This document shows positions 51,776-61,887 of a stretch of DNA of 64,000 nt, in pieces. Origin of the DNA: a virus (lineage: Duplodnaviria; Caudoviricetes); the IMG/VR virus record IMGVR_UViG_3300042993_000007, positions 71 through 64,070 of that record; one strand, written 5' to 3'. Numbering within the stretch: the first letter of the stretch is position 1; each line of letters begins with the position of its first letter. The translations under genes and the position numbers were made by a program. The notes under the pieces were generated by a model that worked only from the letters and a program-made list of their open reading frames with translations, made no database searches and had not been told where the DNA came from.

Positions 51776-52375
51776 TTACGCCTTCTTAAGTTCGATGATC
51801 GAGATGTCAGGGATGGCGCCGGATTCAAACGACTCAGCGGATATGTCCAGGCGGTCCGTGTTGAAACGGACGTGGACGTCAAAGGTTCCGCTGATAGTGA
51901 CGTCGATGCCGTTGGCGACTGGCGAGCTGAAGGTTATCAGCCCGGTGGTGAGGTCTATGGTGTAACCTGACGGCACAACAACCCCGTCCAGCTTCACAAC
52001 CAACCCGGCAACAGGCTTGGTGATTATGCGCTGGTACACATACGAACCGGACTCGTATGTCTTGATGCACTGGAACACCGTTTGCACGCCGTTGCCAGTG
52101 CCGCATAGCGAGTCCGCCAGCTTGTAATCGGACCAGTCTTTAAACCGGAACGAATGCGCTTGGCCCAGGCGCGCATAGAAGAAGTTGATAACCCTGGCCA
52201 AGTCTATTTCGCGCTGGATACCGTAACCAACATCCCATTCGCCACGAGCCTTTTCCCACTCGATGTTACGCTTCTCGTGTCCGCTCGAAAGCTGGCGAAT
52301 GCTTGTTTTGAACCTTGGGCCACCCTTGGCCCCTCGTTCAACGTCCTCAGGTAGCCGAACGTCATGGAATGACAT
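51776..52375 (-). CDS. Distal tail protein (DUF2460)
   Basis: FHDVRLP...GGPRF.T...SGHEKRN...FF.AR.G...FRFKDW...FDVHVRF. Confidence 0.9.
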   Translation of the reverse strand: MSFHDVRLPEDVERGAKGGPRFKTSIRQLSSGHEKRNIEWEKARGEWDVGYGIQREIDLARVINFFYARLGQAHSFRFKDWSDYKLADSLCGTGNGVQTVFQCIKTYESGSYVYQRIITKPVAGLVVKLDGVVVPSGYTIDLTTGLITFSSPVANGIDVTISGTFDVHVRFNTDRLDISAESFESGAIPDISIIELKKA

Positions 52376-55300
52376 TAGTTGTTCCTCTTGTTAGCACGGT
52401 CGATCGCTTGGCTTGTGCGAGCGGCGATTTGTCCTTCCGAGCGCTGGAAGCTGTCTGCATCGTTGGCGTAAACGGTCATGTGAACTACAGAACCTCCGCC
52501 GTTGCCACCGTTGCGACGTTGTTGCGCTGGGGTTTCAATGCTAACACGTTCACCGGGCGTTGCCTTGAACTGCACCAACCGGCTGTCTGGACCACCAACA
52601 CCACCGACGGTGAAGTCACCGCCAGTTTTGAAGCCTGGGAGAGCTGCCATTGACGCCGCAGCAGCGCTGGACGCAGCCATACCAGCGATCGCTGCTGGGC
52701 TGTTGGCGCCCCAGCTAGCCAAGGACACTGCCGACGCTGCTGGCGCCCAGGCTGCGGCCACCGTGCCTGCCATGGCGATGGATGCAGCGGTGCCGGTAGC
52801 TGCCAGCGAGTTACCCAGGGCAGCGTTGACGACGTACTGGATGCCCAACTTGACCAGCGCGGAAATCATGTCAGTGAGGATGGTTTGCGAAATCTTGTGC
52901 AGCGATGTGCGCAAGTCGTCGCCGGACATAATGGCGCTGGCAATGCTGTTGGAAATGCCATCCGTCATCGTTGTGAACACGTTGCCGATGATGTCAGCCG
53001 CACCTGTGGCTAAGGTGGTGTAGCCTTCCAGCACCTGTCCAATACCAGCCGTGAAGATGGTGAAGTCGGTGCCCTCACCCATGGCGTTCTTGCGTTCGGC
53101 CCATGCAACGTTGGTCTGAGCGATCTGGTTGCGGTAATACTCCTCAGTGATCATACCCAGGTTCATTGCCGTGTTCAGTGCCTGCTGCTTCAGCAAGATT
53201 TCTTGCAGCGAACCGACGGTGTCGTCACGCACGCTTTGCAGCGCACGGCTCTGCATCTCCAGGCTTTGCATGGTGGAGATTTGCTTCTCCAGTGCAGCGC
53301 TCTGTTCCTTGGTAAGCTTGACGCCTTTGTCCCGCAGGCTGTCTTCGATTCTGTAAAGCTGCTGAGCAACCTCACGCGCACCGTTGCTGAGCATGATCAG
53401 CTTCGTTTCGCGTTCCAGTTCTTTGTTGAGGTGGCCAAGTGGGTCCAAGGCTTCTGCCAAGTGCTCCCGGTAGGCAGCCATCACCTTAGTCTTTTGGTCC
53501 GAGCTAATCAGGCCAGCGGCCATCGCCTTGTTCAACGTAACCTCAGCATCGGCAAGCTCACGCATTGCTGCGCCAACTGGGTCAACGATGTCCAGGATAC
53601 GGTTCAGGTCGTCGATGAGCTTGGCCCGCTCTTTGGCTTTCTTCTTGTCCTCGCCTCCGGCCTCCTCCGGTGGCAAAGGTTTCGGTACTGGCGGTTTACC
53701 GTCCTCAAGTGCGCGCTCTTTTGCGAACTTGCGGGCACGCTCAGTCAGGGCGTCGAAGCCGTCCAGGATTGGTGTGATGACAGCGCCAACGTAGTCAGTG
53801 CCGAGGCCATCTTTGAACCCGGTGACCACAGCACTACCCAGGCCCTTCGCAGCGCCTTCCGCATCGTTCTGCAGCGGGTCCATATTCATTGCAGCGCGGA
53901 TCTTGTTAACGCCCTGGGTGCCAATGTCTTCCAGGGCTGCTGGCAGGTGGCCCCAAAACGCAATGACGGCCTTTGCAGCGCCCACCCACAGACCGATAAC
54001 AGTGTTGACCGTAGTCCGCATAAACCCGATAACGGACTTCATGTCGATACCCAGGCCAAGGAACCACGCGCCAACCTTATCCAACATCGGGCCGAAGGTT
54101 TTAAGGTACTCGACACCGTCGTTTACCAGCTCACCAAGGAGCTCCCAGGTGGCGCGGAAGTAATCGCCAAGGCTAATCGAGTCTTCTTTGACTAGGATCA
54201 GGTCGTCCCGGAATGCGTACAGTGCCACGCTGGCTGCAACGATGGCCGCTACGGCTGCAACGAACGGGTTCGCCAGGAAGCCAAGTCCGGCAGCGCCGAG
54301 CATTGTCTTCAGGCCGTTCAGGGCCTGGGCCAGCCTTGTGGTAGAGCCTGCCGCTGCGACCGTTGTAGCGCCGACAACGCCTTGGGCCACCGCCACACGC
54401 CCCAGGGCAGCGGCACGCGCTGTATCGGCTGCGGTGGCGGCTAGGGTGGCTTCAGTTAACCGAAGTTCTGCTGCCGTTTGTTGGGTGGTCATCGCCGCCT
54501 CCGCCAAACGGATTTCTCCGAGGCGTGTAAGCGAGGCGGCGCGACCCTGTGCTGTAATTTGTGCTTGAAGCCGAACTACTTCCAGCTGACGCTCTGCTAC
54601 CATCTGCGCCTGGACGGCACCAACGGACGCCAGGGCCATGCGAGCGGCGTTCTCTTCTGCCACAGCCTTTCGCAGTGCGGAGCCTGTGGCAGCCGCGTCA
54701 GCGACTGCGGCCTGCTGGGCGGAGACTGCTTTCATGCGGTTCGCTTCCGCACTGCCAAGTGCAACGACAGTGCCATCCGCTACCGCACTACTGAACCTGA
54801 TCGTCGCTGCGGCTGCGGAAAGCATTCCGCTGACAATTGTGCCAACCTTGAACGCAGCCCAGCCAGCTATGAAGGCCATGCTCAACTTCGTGGCGACGGT
54901 GATCGCGCCGGAGAGCGTGTCAATAGCTTCAGCTAGGTAGATGATCCCTAATGCAGCGGCTTCGGATACAGTCCGCCCTTCCTGACCGATCAACTTGGTC
55001 ATGGAGTTGCCAAGCACGGTTAAGGATTGCCCGATGGTCGGAACCATCTTGGCGAAAGTTTTCTCCAGGTCTTTGGCGCCCTTCATAAATGCATCAAAGA
55101 ACTGCTTACCGCTGATTCCAGCGTCGCCTTTAATGATGCGGGTCAGCCTGTTGACAGAGCCGCCTGCCGCGTCAATGTTGTTCGCTACAGTTTGAGCGAT
55201 GACGTAACCACCCTCAAGGATGCCGTTGTATTCGTCCGCCATCACACGCGCTGAGCCCAACGCCTGCCCGAGCTGCAACAGTGCGCCCGTAGCCGCTTCG

Positions 55301-55716
55301 GTGCTGGTGCCTTGAATGGACAAAGCTTGACCAACACCTTCAGTGAACTTCATGATCGTCTCTTGGCTTGCACCAAGGTCTCGCGCAGCAGTGGAAGCCT
55401 TAAGGTACAGTTGGGACATGCCCTCCAGCCCTTGGCGGCTGCGCTGAGAGACTGCGTACAGTTGCTCCTGGGTCGCAATTTGCGCTTTCAGACCGTCTGT
55501 GGTTAATGCGACACGGTTAACCACACGAGTCCAGCCATCAGCCCATTCGGCCAACTGGCTGACGACCATGGCACCGCCAAGCGCGGCTAGCGCAGACTTA
55601 AGCAGGTTGACTGATTTGGAGGATTTACTGGACGAAGTCCCAATCTCGTTAATGTCCCGCGAAACGGTTTTGGCGCCTCGTTGCGATACAACGATTACGA
55701 CGTTTTCTGTCGTCAT
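52375..55716 (-). CDS. Tape measure protein
   Basis: 1113 aa Ala-rich, N-terminal tape-measure domain (QLGQALGS...DEYN), GFKTGG...GGPDS C-terminus. Confidence 0.93.
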   Translation of the reverse strand: MTTENVVIVVSQRGAKTVSRDINEIGTSSSKSSKSVNLLKSALAALGGAMVVSQLAEWADGWTRVVNRVALTTDGLKAQIATQEQLYAVSQRSRQGLEGMSQLYLKASTAARDLGASQETIMKFTEGVGQALSIQGTSTEAATGALLQLGQALGSARVMADEYNGILEGGYVIAQTVANNIDAAGGSVNRLTRIIKGDAGISGKQFFDAFMKGAKDLEKTFAKMVPTIGQSLTVLGNSMTKLIGQEGRTVSEAAALGIIYLAEAIDTLSGAITVATKLSMAFIAGWAAFKVGTIVSGMLSAAAATIRFSSAVADGTVVALGSAEANRMKAVSAQQAAVADAAATGSALRKAVAEENAARMALASVGAVQAQMVAERQLEVVRLQAQITAQGRAASLTRLGEIRLAEAAMTTQQTAAELRLTEATLAATAADTARAAALGRVAVAQGVVGATTVAAAGSTTRLAQALNGLKTMLGAAGLGFLANPFVAAVAAIVAASVALYAFRDDLILVKEDSISLGDYFRATWELLGELVNDGVEYLKTFGPMLDKVGAWFLGLGIDMKSVIGFMRTTVNTVIGLWVGAAKAVIAFWGHLPAALEDIGTQGVNKIRAAMNMDPLQNDAEGAAKGLGSAVVTGFKDGLGTDYVGAVITPILDGFDALTERARKFAKERALEDGKPPVPKPLPPEEAGGEDKKKAKERAKLIDDLNRILDIVDPVGAAMRELADAEVTLNKAMAAGLISSDQKTKVMAAYREHLAEALDPLGHLNKELERETKLIMLSNGAREVAQQLYRIEDSLRDKGVKLTKEQSAALEKQISTMQSLEMQSRALQSVRDDTVGSLQEILLKQQALNTAMNLGMITEEYYRNQIAQTNVAWAERKNAMGEGTDFTIFTAGIGQVLEGYTTLATGAADIIGNVFTTMTDGISNSIASAIMSGDDLRTSLHKISQTILTDMISALVKLGIQYVVNAALGNSLAATGTAASIAMAGTVAAAWAPAASAVSLASWGANSPAAIAGMAASSAAAASMAALPGFKTGGDFTVGGVGGPDSRLVQFKATPGERVSIETPAQQRRNGGNGGGSVVHMTVYANDADSFQRSEGQIAARTSQAIDRANKRNN

Positions 55717-56162
55717 GAGGAGCTCCGCAAAATGGTGAACCCTCGAGCAACGGACACGCCTCGGGCGATAGCCGTTTGCACGAACCCAGGCGGTGCCTGG
55801 GGTGACTTGCCTTCGTTCAGGTCTTTAATGTAGTTCAGGTTGTTAGTGATGAAGATGTATTCGTTTTCGTTGTTGTAAGTCATAACAGCTCGCTGCCCCT
55901 GGGCGATTGCTGCTGCGGCGTTGGCCGCGCCAGTGTTGCCCCGGTCCCCAGGCGAATACGGCTCCCTGGTGCCACCGGTGGGGGTCTGACCAACCTCAAC
56001 AACCCAGTTGGATCTCGCACGGCCAGTATCTACCGGGGTGGCGATAACAAGTGTCTGGTCGATGGTTAATGCAACTTTGCGGGTCATTGCGGTGGCGCCA
56101 GTTTCGATCTGGATTGCAGCCTGCCTCATTTTCCGGCTGAGCCGGTCCAGATCGTTTGCCAT
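55713..56162 (-). CDS. HK97 gp10-like tail completion protein
   Basis: TPVDTGRARSNW...NNLNYI..LN.G.S.QAPPGFV. Confidence 0.82.
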   Translation of the reverse strand: MANDLDRLSRKMRQAAIQIETGATAMTRKVALTIDQTLVIATPVDTGRARSNWVVEVGQTPTGGTREPYSPGDRGNTGAANAAAAIAQGQRAVMTYNNENEYIFITNNLNYIKDLNEGKSPQAPPGFVQTAIARGVSVARGFTILRSSS

Positions 56163-56539
56163 TACTTACGTCCTTTGGTGCGAGCTTTAGTCTCTGCTGC
56201 GCGTCTTTCGTCCTTGGCTTTGGTTTGGTAGTGCGCCAGCCAAACCTCGTCCATTGCGCGCATCAGTAAACGAAAATCTTCAACCTCGTCATCATCTAGG
56301 CCATGCTGCCGAGCGTACTCGTTGATCGCCGTCCAGGGTAACGAACGAAGCCCCTCTCCTTGCCTACAGGTGTTCAGTTCCTTGAATGCTTCGTACTCGA
56401 ACTCTAACCCTCGGTACAAAAAAGGGGCTCCAGCGATGGCATCCGGCAGTGCTTGCCGTCTGGCAATGCACTGCTCAATGATGCGCTTTTCGTGTGGCCC
56501 CTGTTCCAGTGTGTACCTGAGGACGGCTATCAGTTTCCC
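56162..56539 (-). CDS. Tail assembly chaperone frameshift extension (gpGT-like)
   Basis: -1 frame open from slippery site 56539 to stop 56162, in frame with track ORF 56162-56419. Confidence 0.75.
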   Translation of the reverse strand, partial: GKLIAVLRYTLEQGPHEKRIIEQCIARRQALPDAIAGAPFLYRGLEFEYEAFKELNTCRQGEGLRSLPWTAINEYARQHGLDDDEVEDFRLLMRAMDEVWLAHYQTKAKDERRAAETKARTKGRK

Positions 56540-56955
56540 GCGTCTTCTTCTACCGTTGCTGCGCGGAAGTTGGCAAGCTTGCCAGCCTGCTCTTGCAGGT
56601 CGCGGAACAGGTCAGGCAGCGTACTCAACAACGAGATAGCGTTCTCTTTGTTGAAGTCGATGGCCTCACCTTTCGGGCCTTCCATCTTGCCTTCACCGTG
56701 CTTGTCACAGCGCCAGCCCAACAGGCAACCCACCACGAAGCCTTCGATCAGGATCTTGTCGACCATTTCGTCAGCAATCGTTTCGGTCTGCAACGCACGG
56801 CGGTGCGGGGCAAACAACTTCTTCATCACACGTTTGTACTTTTCGTTTTCACCGCCAGCGCGTGCCACGGTGAAAGCGAAGGTGCCATAGTCAATATTGA
56901 CACCTTGCTTTTCGAGAGATTCATCAGCTTTGAACAGTTCAAAAGGGCTAGTCAT
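56530..56955 (-). CDS. Tail assembly chaperone (gpG-like)
   Basis: ATG 56955, between major tail and tape measure genes. Confidence 0.8.
   Translation of the reverse strand: MTSPFELFKADESLEKQGVNIDYGTFAFTVARAGGENEKYKRVMKKLFAPHRRALQTETIADEMVDKILIEGFVVGCLLGWRCDKHGEGKMEGPKGEAIDFNKENAISLLSTLPDLFRDLQEQAGKLANFRAATVEEDAGN
56533..56539 (-). other. Programmed -1 ribosomal frameshift site G GGA AAC
   Basis: X XXY YYZ heptamer in the last codons before TGA. Confidence 0.8.
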
Positions 56956-56968
56956 TGTTGCCTCACCG

Positions 56969-58426
56969 TTAGCCGGCCACTGCCGGGAGGTACGAGAAGT
57001 GGGAGCAGAGCAGGGTGTGGTGCAAGGTTGGGTGCTCTGCCGCTTCCTGAGTGATTGGGAGCTCGATTGCTTGGTCCTTCTGCACATTGAGCCGTGCGTT
57101 ACCGAGTGCCGCCAGGGGCACATCGAACAACATGCCAGCGCCGTCCTTGACGAAGGCGAAGTCGAACGTGGCGTCTGCGTTAGCACGAACCGCAGTTACC
57201 GCGTCCAGGGTGGAGAAGTACGCAGTGATGTCACCGTTGACAGCGAAGTCGCCGATGCTTACATCAAATGCGCCAAGGTTGGCCAGGGCCTTCAGCGGCG
57301 TTACACCGTTGTCGATAACAAGGCTGGCTTCCATAAGGAAGTTCGCCAGACCGGTGTTGTCGCTTTCCAGGCGCAGGCGCGAGAAGTCGGAGGTGGTGTT
57401 GAACGCAGGTGCTTCAACAATATCAGGGCGGGTGCCAGTCTTCTCTGCACCGTATGCAACCGTTTCAGAGTCGATACCAACGAACGCCAAGTCCACGGTC
57501 ACCTTGTCTGCGGTGCTCATGTTAATGGTGAGCTGGTTCGGTACGCAGCCAACGACGTACTCCAGGCCAGCCAAGCTCAGGCTACGTTCCAGCTGGTAGC
57601 TCTTGACCACAATGAGGTCCGGGTCCGATTCGTTCTTTAGCACGTCGCCGGTGAACAAGCGAATGGTTTTGCCGGTGCCGGTGTCGGCTGCCATGGTGCC
57701 AGTGGTCTTGTCGAACTCGATACGGCCTGCGGCGATGTTCTTCACGCGGGCGAAACCGTTGTTGGCTGCCACAGCGAACGCAGTACCGGCCGAGTCGCCG
57801 CCGATGTAAACCCACTCGCCTGGGATAAGGCCCAGGGTGGTAAGGTCTTTGACGGTGGCGTTAATGCCTGGGACGGTGGACACAACACTCACTGTCAGGT
57901 CGCCGGATGCAAACTCGAAGCCTACACGCTTCAGCTTGGCGCCTGCTGGTGGGCTAGCCTCGTCGCTGAAACCGGTTGCGGTGATGGTGGTGCCGCTGGA
58001 CGCGCTGACCTTGTGGATGGCGTTGTTGGCCGCTACAGCGAAGCCGCTACCAGCAGCCATATCGCCCACCAGGAAGCTGGCACCGCCCGAAGTCACGGTG
58101 GCTACACCGGACGCCACAGCAGTGGCCAGGGATTCAGCTTTCTTGCGCCAGTCGGCGAAGAAGAAGCCTGGGAGCAGATCATACAGGTTAGTTTGGGTCA
58201 GGTCGGACGTGAAGCCTGCGGACGCATCAAGGTCAACTACGACACCCTTCTTGCGCTGGCGGCTGGCGTTGATCGGGGTCCGCGCAACGGTGGTGATTTC
58301 ACTACCGAAGTCGCCGTATTCGTTAGGCTCACAAGGGGTCCATACAACGCCGGAACCTGGGAGCACACCGAGGCTTTCTTCCAGTGCGTAGCGCAAGCCC
58401 GTGCGGTTGCTGTCTACCTTATTCAT
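56969..58426 (-). CDS. Major tail tube protein
   Basis: 485 aa; SNRTGLRYALE...EPN.Y.DFG...R.PINASRQR.KG. Confidence 0.85.
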   Translation of the reverse strand: MNKVDSNRTGLRYALEESLGVLPGSGVVWTPCEPNEYGDFGSEITTVARTPINASRQRKKGVVVDLDASAGFTSDLTQTNLYDLLPGFFFADWRKKAESLATAVASGVATVTSGGASFLVGDMAAGSGFAVAANNAIHKVSASSGTTITATGFSDEASPPAGAKLKRVGFEFASGDLTVSVVSTVPGINATVKDLTTLGLIPGEWVYIGGDSAGTAFAVAANNGFARVKNIAAGRIEFDKTTGTMAADTGTGKTIRLFTGDVLKNESDPDLIVVKSYQLERSLSLAGLEYVVGCVPNQLTINMSTADKVTVDLAFVGIDSETVAYGAEKTGTRPDIVEAPAFNTTSDFSRLRLESDNTGLANFLMEASLVIDNGVTPLKALANLGAFDVSIGDFAVNGDITAYFSTLDAVTAVRANADATFDFAFVKDGAGMLFDVPLAALGNARLNVQKDQAIELPITQEAAEHPTLHHTLLCSHFSYLPAVAG

Positions 58427-58431
58427 CTCGC

Positions 58432-58842
58432 TTACCTCACGTCGTCGTAATCAAAATTCGCATAGATGTCTACGCGGTAAAAAGCTCCATCCGTACCGAA
58501 CTCGACAAGCTGAACGTTGCGGTATTGGATTTCGGTGCTGGCCGTCTGATATGCGTCAACCACCACCTGTCCAAGCGACACAGCTAGGGTCTTGCCCTGG
58601 CCAGCAGGTGCGAAAACTTGCACAACTATAACACCGTCTCTGTGCCATTTGCGCAACAGCTTGCCGCCACCCAAAGAGCTGAGTCCGCCGTCAAGGTGTT
58701 GCACATGAACCTTCGCCCACGGTGTCTCCGTTGTTGGCGGGTCACCCGGCAAGTCGTCCCACTTAATCGGGTGTGCCGGGTTCCACGCGGTGTTGAAAAC
58801 TGCGCAGATGGAATCAGTGGCTTCCTGGTAGTTCATCGGCAC
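58432..58842 (-). CDS. Tail terminator
   Basis: Position; VQVFAPAGQG motif. Confidence 0.75.
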   Translation of the reverse strand: MPMNYQEATDSICAVFNTAWNPAHPIKWDDLPGDPPTTETPWAKVHVQHLDGGLSSLGGGKLLRKWHRDGVIVVQVFAPAGQGKTLAVSLGQVVVDAYQTASTEIQYRNVQLVEFGTDGAFYRVDIYANFDYDDVR

Positions 58843-59222
58843 ACCCCGAAGGCGTAAAGGATAACTTGATCCCCAGGTTCAAGGACTTTGACCCACTCGA
58901 CTTTCCACACAACAGACTTGTCAAGCACTCGGTCCATACCGCGCAAGTCCACTGTTGTCGGTGCAACCAACAGAACCTGATCGGCGCGTTTGAGCAGGTC
59001 ATCATCCTCAGACATGAAGCCGAGGTCGTCCATACTGGAGATCGGCAGGAACACACCTTTGACGTCTTCGTCTGTGGTCACAGTTGGTGCGGCTGGCCCC
59101 CGCCAAGGTTTGGTCGCGTCGGCTGGTGTGGCACCCAGGGTCTGCAAAGTGATCGAACGACCTTCCTCTGCAATAAGTTCCTGTGCCAGTTCAACGAATT
59201 CTGTATGGTCGCTCATAACCAC
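58833..59222 (-). CDS. Head-tail joining (stopper) protein
   Basis: Position and size. Confidence 0.65.
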   Translation of the reverse strand: MVMSDHTEFVELAQELIAEEGRSITLQTLGATPADATKPWRGPAAPTVTTDEDVKGVFLPISSMDDLGFMSEDDDLLKRADQVLLVAPTTVDLRGMDRVLDKSVVWKVEWVKVLEPGDQVILYAFGVCR

Positions 59223-59225
59223 ACC

Positions 59226-59723
59226 TTACCGGATAACCCGGTTCGCAGGGTTCAGCAGCTTGGCAATCAGCGCGTCAGCCATCGGGTAAGGCTTGAAGGC
59301 GTTGGTTGAAGACGTGTCTGTTGCGAATTCGTATTCCTTTTCCAACGGGCCAACCTTCTTCTTGAAGCGCTTCACTGTGTTACCGCTGGCGTCAGTGGTT
59401 GGGTCAGGCGCCAGGGGGTTTGCCAGGGCGCGCAGGGCGTATTCGTAGGTAGCCTTCAGCAACACTGCGGGCATGCCGTCAAACGCGGTACGCGGGAACG
59501 CCAGGGCCTGTGGGGTGTCCGGGTACAGCACGTACCCGCGGAAGCGCTGGCTGAAGCGGGTGTCGATGTAGTCCGTCGCTTTAACCAGATTCTGTTGCTT
59601 GACGGTATCGCTACCAACCCAGGCCGTTACACCGCGCTCGGCAAAGTAAGCGTCAGCCCCTGCGATAGACCCGTAGGAGTTAGCGTCTACTTTGCCGGTG
59701 CCGTCTTCGACTACGAATGCCAT
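59226..59723 (-). CDS. Head-tail adaptor (DnaT-like family)
   Basis: VEDGTG..DANSY...ADAYF..RG...W...LVKATDYID...QALAFPR. Confidence 0.82.
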   Translation of the reverse strand: MAFVVEDGTGKVDANSYGSIAGADAYFAERGVTAWVGSDTVKQQNLVKATDYIDTRFSQRFRGYVLYPDTPQALAFPRTAFDGMPAVLLKATYEYALRALANPLAPDPTTDASGNTVKRFKKKVGPLEKEYEFATDTSSTNAFKPYPMADALIAKLLNPANRVIR

Positions 59724-59737
59724 GGGGTATCTCTCTG

Positions 59738-61150
59738 TTAGAGGCCGAGTGCTGTGGCGTAAGCTGGAGTGGCGTCATCAGCGATGTGCACGTAACCGTC
59801 ATCGTCTGGATGTGTGCCGTCTTGGCTGGTGTACCCGGTCCAGGTTGTTGGGTCAACCCATACAAGCCTTGCGTTCGCCTTAGCGTCCATTACCGCTTTC
59901 AGCGCTGCGTTAGCGGCGTTGATTTGCGTCTGCACGGACGCGATTGGCAAGATGCCACGGCACAGGATCTTTCCATACGCTTTGGCCAGCAACTTATCGA
60001 TGCATAAGCCATAGTCCGCTTCGTCCGTTGCGTCAATACCGTCACCGGCACTGTTCCCACCGATAGCCAGGATGGCAACGTCGTCTGACGTAATCGTGCG
60101 CAGTGGCAACACAGTGTCCAGCATCGTTTTACAACCGGCGATCGTTAGACCGTTAATCCCGTTGGTGCTACCGACGAAACCGAGTGCAGACGCTGCCAGC
60201 ATTGTATCCACGTCAATGGATGTTGCGCCTGGGCCTGGGCCAAAAGTGATCGAGTCACCGTATTGGTCCATACGGCGCGCAACGCCAATATCCAATAGCG
60301 TGCTGTCAACGGCGATTGAGAACGTGCCGCCAGCGCTGTGGTAGTTGCCGTCATCCCACACGTAATAGGTGGCAGTGGAGCCATCGCACGGAACAACGAT
60401 AGCTCTTACTGGGTCACCGCTTTCGTCTGCCGCAGTGTAATAGGTTGGCGCGGCTCCGTTCTTACTTACTGCAATCTTGCGTGAGCCGTTAACCGTGACA
60501 ACCATCTTGGTGAACGCACCGCGGATCTTCGCGGAGCCAATGTTCGACCCGTAGGTTGTACCCTTCTCTGCCTGTAGCGGTGGTGCGTAGTCTGCAAGGT
60601 TTGCCACAACCGCACCGCTGTACAACCCTGTGGATGATGCGGCGTTGGTCTGGACCTTGTTAGCGAGCGTTGTCAGCGCTGGCGGCTGGCCAGTCACCTC
60701 AAGTACGTTACCAGAAGACGCGATATATGGTGCCGCAGCCATTAACGCCACCCAGCGGAACTCAACGAACCGGGTGGCGTGCTCGAGCCCTGTAAACAGG
60801 GTGTACACAGAGCCTGTCCTGGCTGCGGTGCTAAACGCACCACCGTCGATGGCAACTTCCAGCGAACCGTCGTTGTCACCGAAGTCCGATGGTGCAGTAA
60901 TCTTGGCCTCGGTGCCGGAGATGTACCCGGACCAAAGCGTCAGCGACCCACGGGCGTACACCCTGGCCGCGTTCTTGGTCGTGCTAACACTGCCGCTGAA
61001 ACCTGGGGAAACCTGTGCGGACGTGAAGTTGACCGTAGTTGGGTCTGGTAGTGGGACAACTGCACCGCCCTGCCGCTCGAGCCTGTTTTGACGGGCGTAG
61101 TAAAGAGCCGCATTAAGCGCGGCTCTCCTGAACTGCGGACGGCTTAACAT
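59738..61150 (-). CDS. SGNH/GDSL-hydrolase-domain virion-module protein
   Basis: YGDSIT (block I), GING, IGGN (block III), DGTHP (block V). Confidence 0.72.
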   Translation of the reverse strand: MLSRPQFRRAALNAALYYARQNRLERQGGAVVPLPDPTTVNFTSAQVSPGFSGSVSTTKNAARVYARGSLTLWSGYISGTEAKITAPSDFGDNDGSLEVAIDGGAFSTAARTGSVYTLFTGLEHATRFVEFRWVALMAAAPYIASSGNVLEVTGQPPALTTLANKVQTNAASSTGLYSGAVVANLADYAPPLQAEKGTTYGSNIGSAKIRGAFTKMVVTVNGSRKIAVSKNGAAPTYYTAADESGDPVRAIVVPCDGSTATYYVWDDGNYHSAGGTFSIAVDSTLLDIGVARRMDQYGDSITFGPGPGATSIDVDTMLAASALGFVGSTNGINGLTIAGCKTMLDTVLPLRTITSDDVAILAIGGNSAGDGIDATDEADYGLCIDKLLAKAYGKILCRGILPIASVQTQINAANAALKAVMDAKANARLVWVDPTTWTGYTSQDGTHPDDDGYVHIADDATPAYATALGL

Positions 61151-61872
61151 TATCGCAACTTGCCAAGGATGCGAGCGGCTTCTTTGGCGCTGAACCCGTT
61201 GGAGCGGATTTCCTGAGACTGGGCCACACGTTCATCAATGCGCTTGCGCTGCATCTGCAGATAACCCGCGATTGCGTCCTGGGCGGTGTTGGGCTGCAAC
61301 CGGGCCAGCAATGTGGTCAAGTCGTCCACGTCACGGCATGCGGATGCAACAGCTTCCTGTGCCTTGGTCAAGTCCAGGTTGGCTTCGTCCAGTACGGCAC
61401 GCGCTTGGTTGAGCGCTACACGCACTTCTTCCACGTCGATGCCGCCAATGGTCAGCGCACGCTCGACGCGGTCCAGGTCTTCATCCGCACCGTCGCCAGT
61501 GGCGAGTTCCAGTGCAGTGTCGCCCTCAATAGGGCCAGTCGGAGGCGCCTGAACAGGGTTCAGGCCGGATCCCTGCTCAAGGACCCCCGACTGGACGTTG
61601 TCTGGTGCCGCTGCGGTCGCCGGTGTGGCTGTTGCTGCGGCTGGGGTAGGCGTTACCACAGGGGTGGCGGTTGCCGCGCCTGTGGCGCCGACTACGGGGT
61701 TGGAGCGGGCAAACTCCGGCGCAACCTTGGACACGTCCTCACGGCTGATGCCCTGGTCGCTGGCCAGCAGGCGAATGGTGTCCAGACGAGGCATACCGTC
61801 GGACGTCCAATGCGCGTCGTTGTCCTTGTCCAGTTTACGGAGTGCATCCAAGATGCGAGCGTTGTCAGCCAT
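61150..61872 (-). CDS. Hypothetical head-module protein (HeH/LEM-like N-terminus)
   Basis: ILDALRKLDKDNDAHWTSDGMPRLD; A/T/P linker; coiled coil. Confidence 0.65.
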   Translation of the reverse strand: MADNARILDALRKLDKDNDAHWTSDGMPRLDTIRLLASDQGISREDVSKVAPEFARSNPVVGATGAATATPVVTPTPAAATATPATAAAPDNVQSGVLEQGSGLNPVQAPPTGPIEGDTALELATGDGADEDLDRVERALTIGGIDVEEVRVALNQARAVLDEANLDLTKAQEAVASACRDVDDLTTLLARLQPNTAQDAIAGYLQMQRKRIDERVAQSQEIRSNGFSAKEAARILGKLR

Positions 61873-61887
61873 GGCCTTTGTCCTCTG

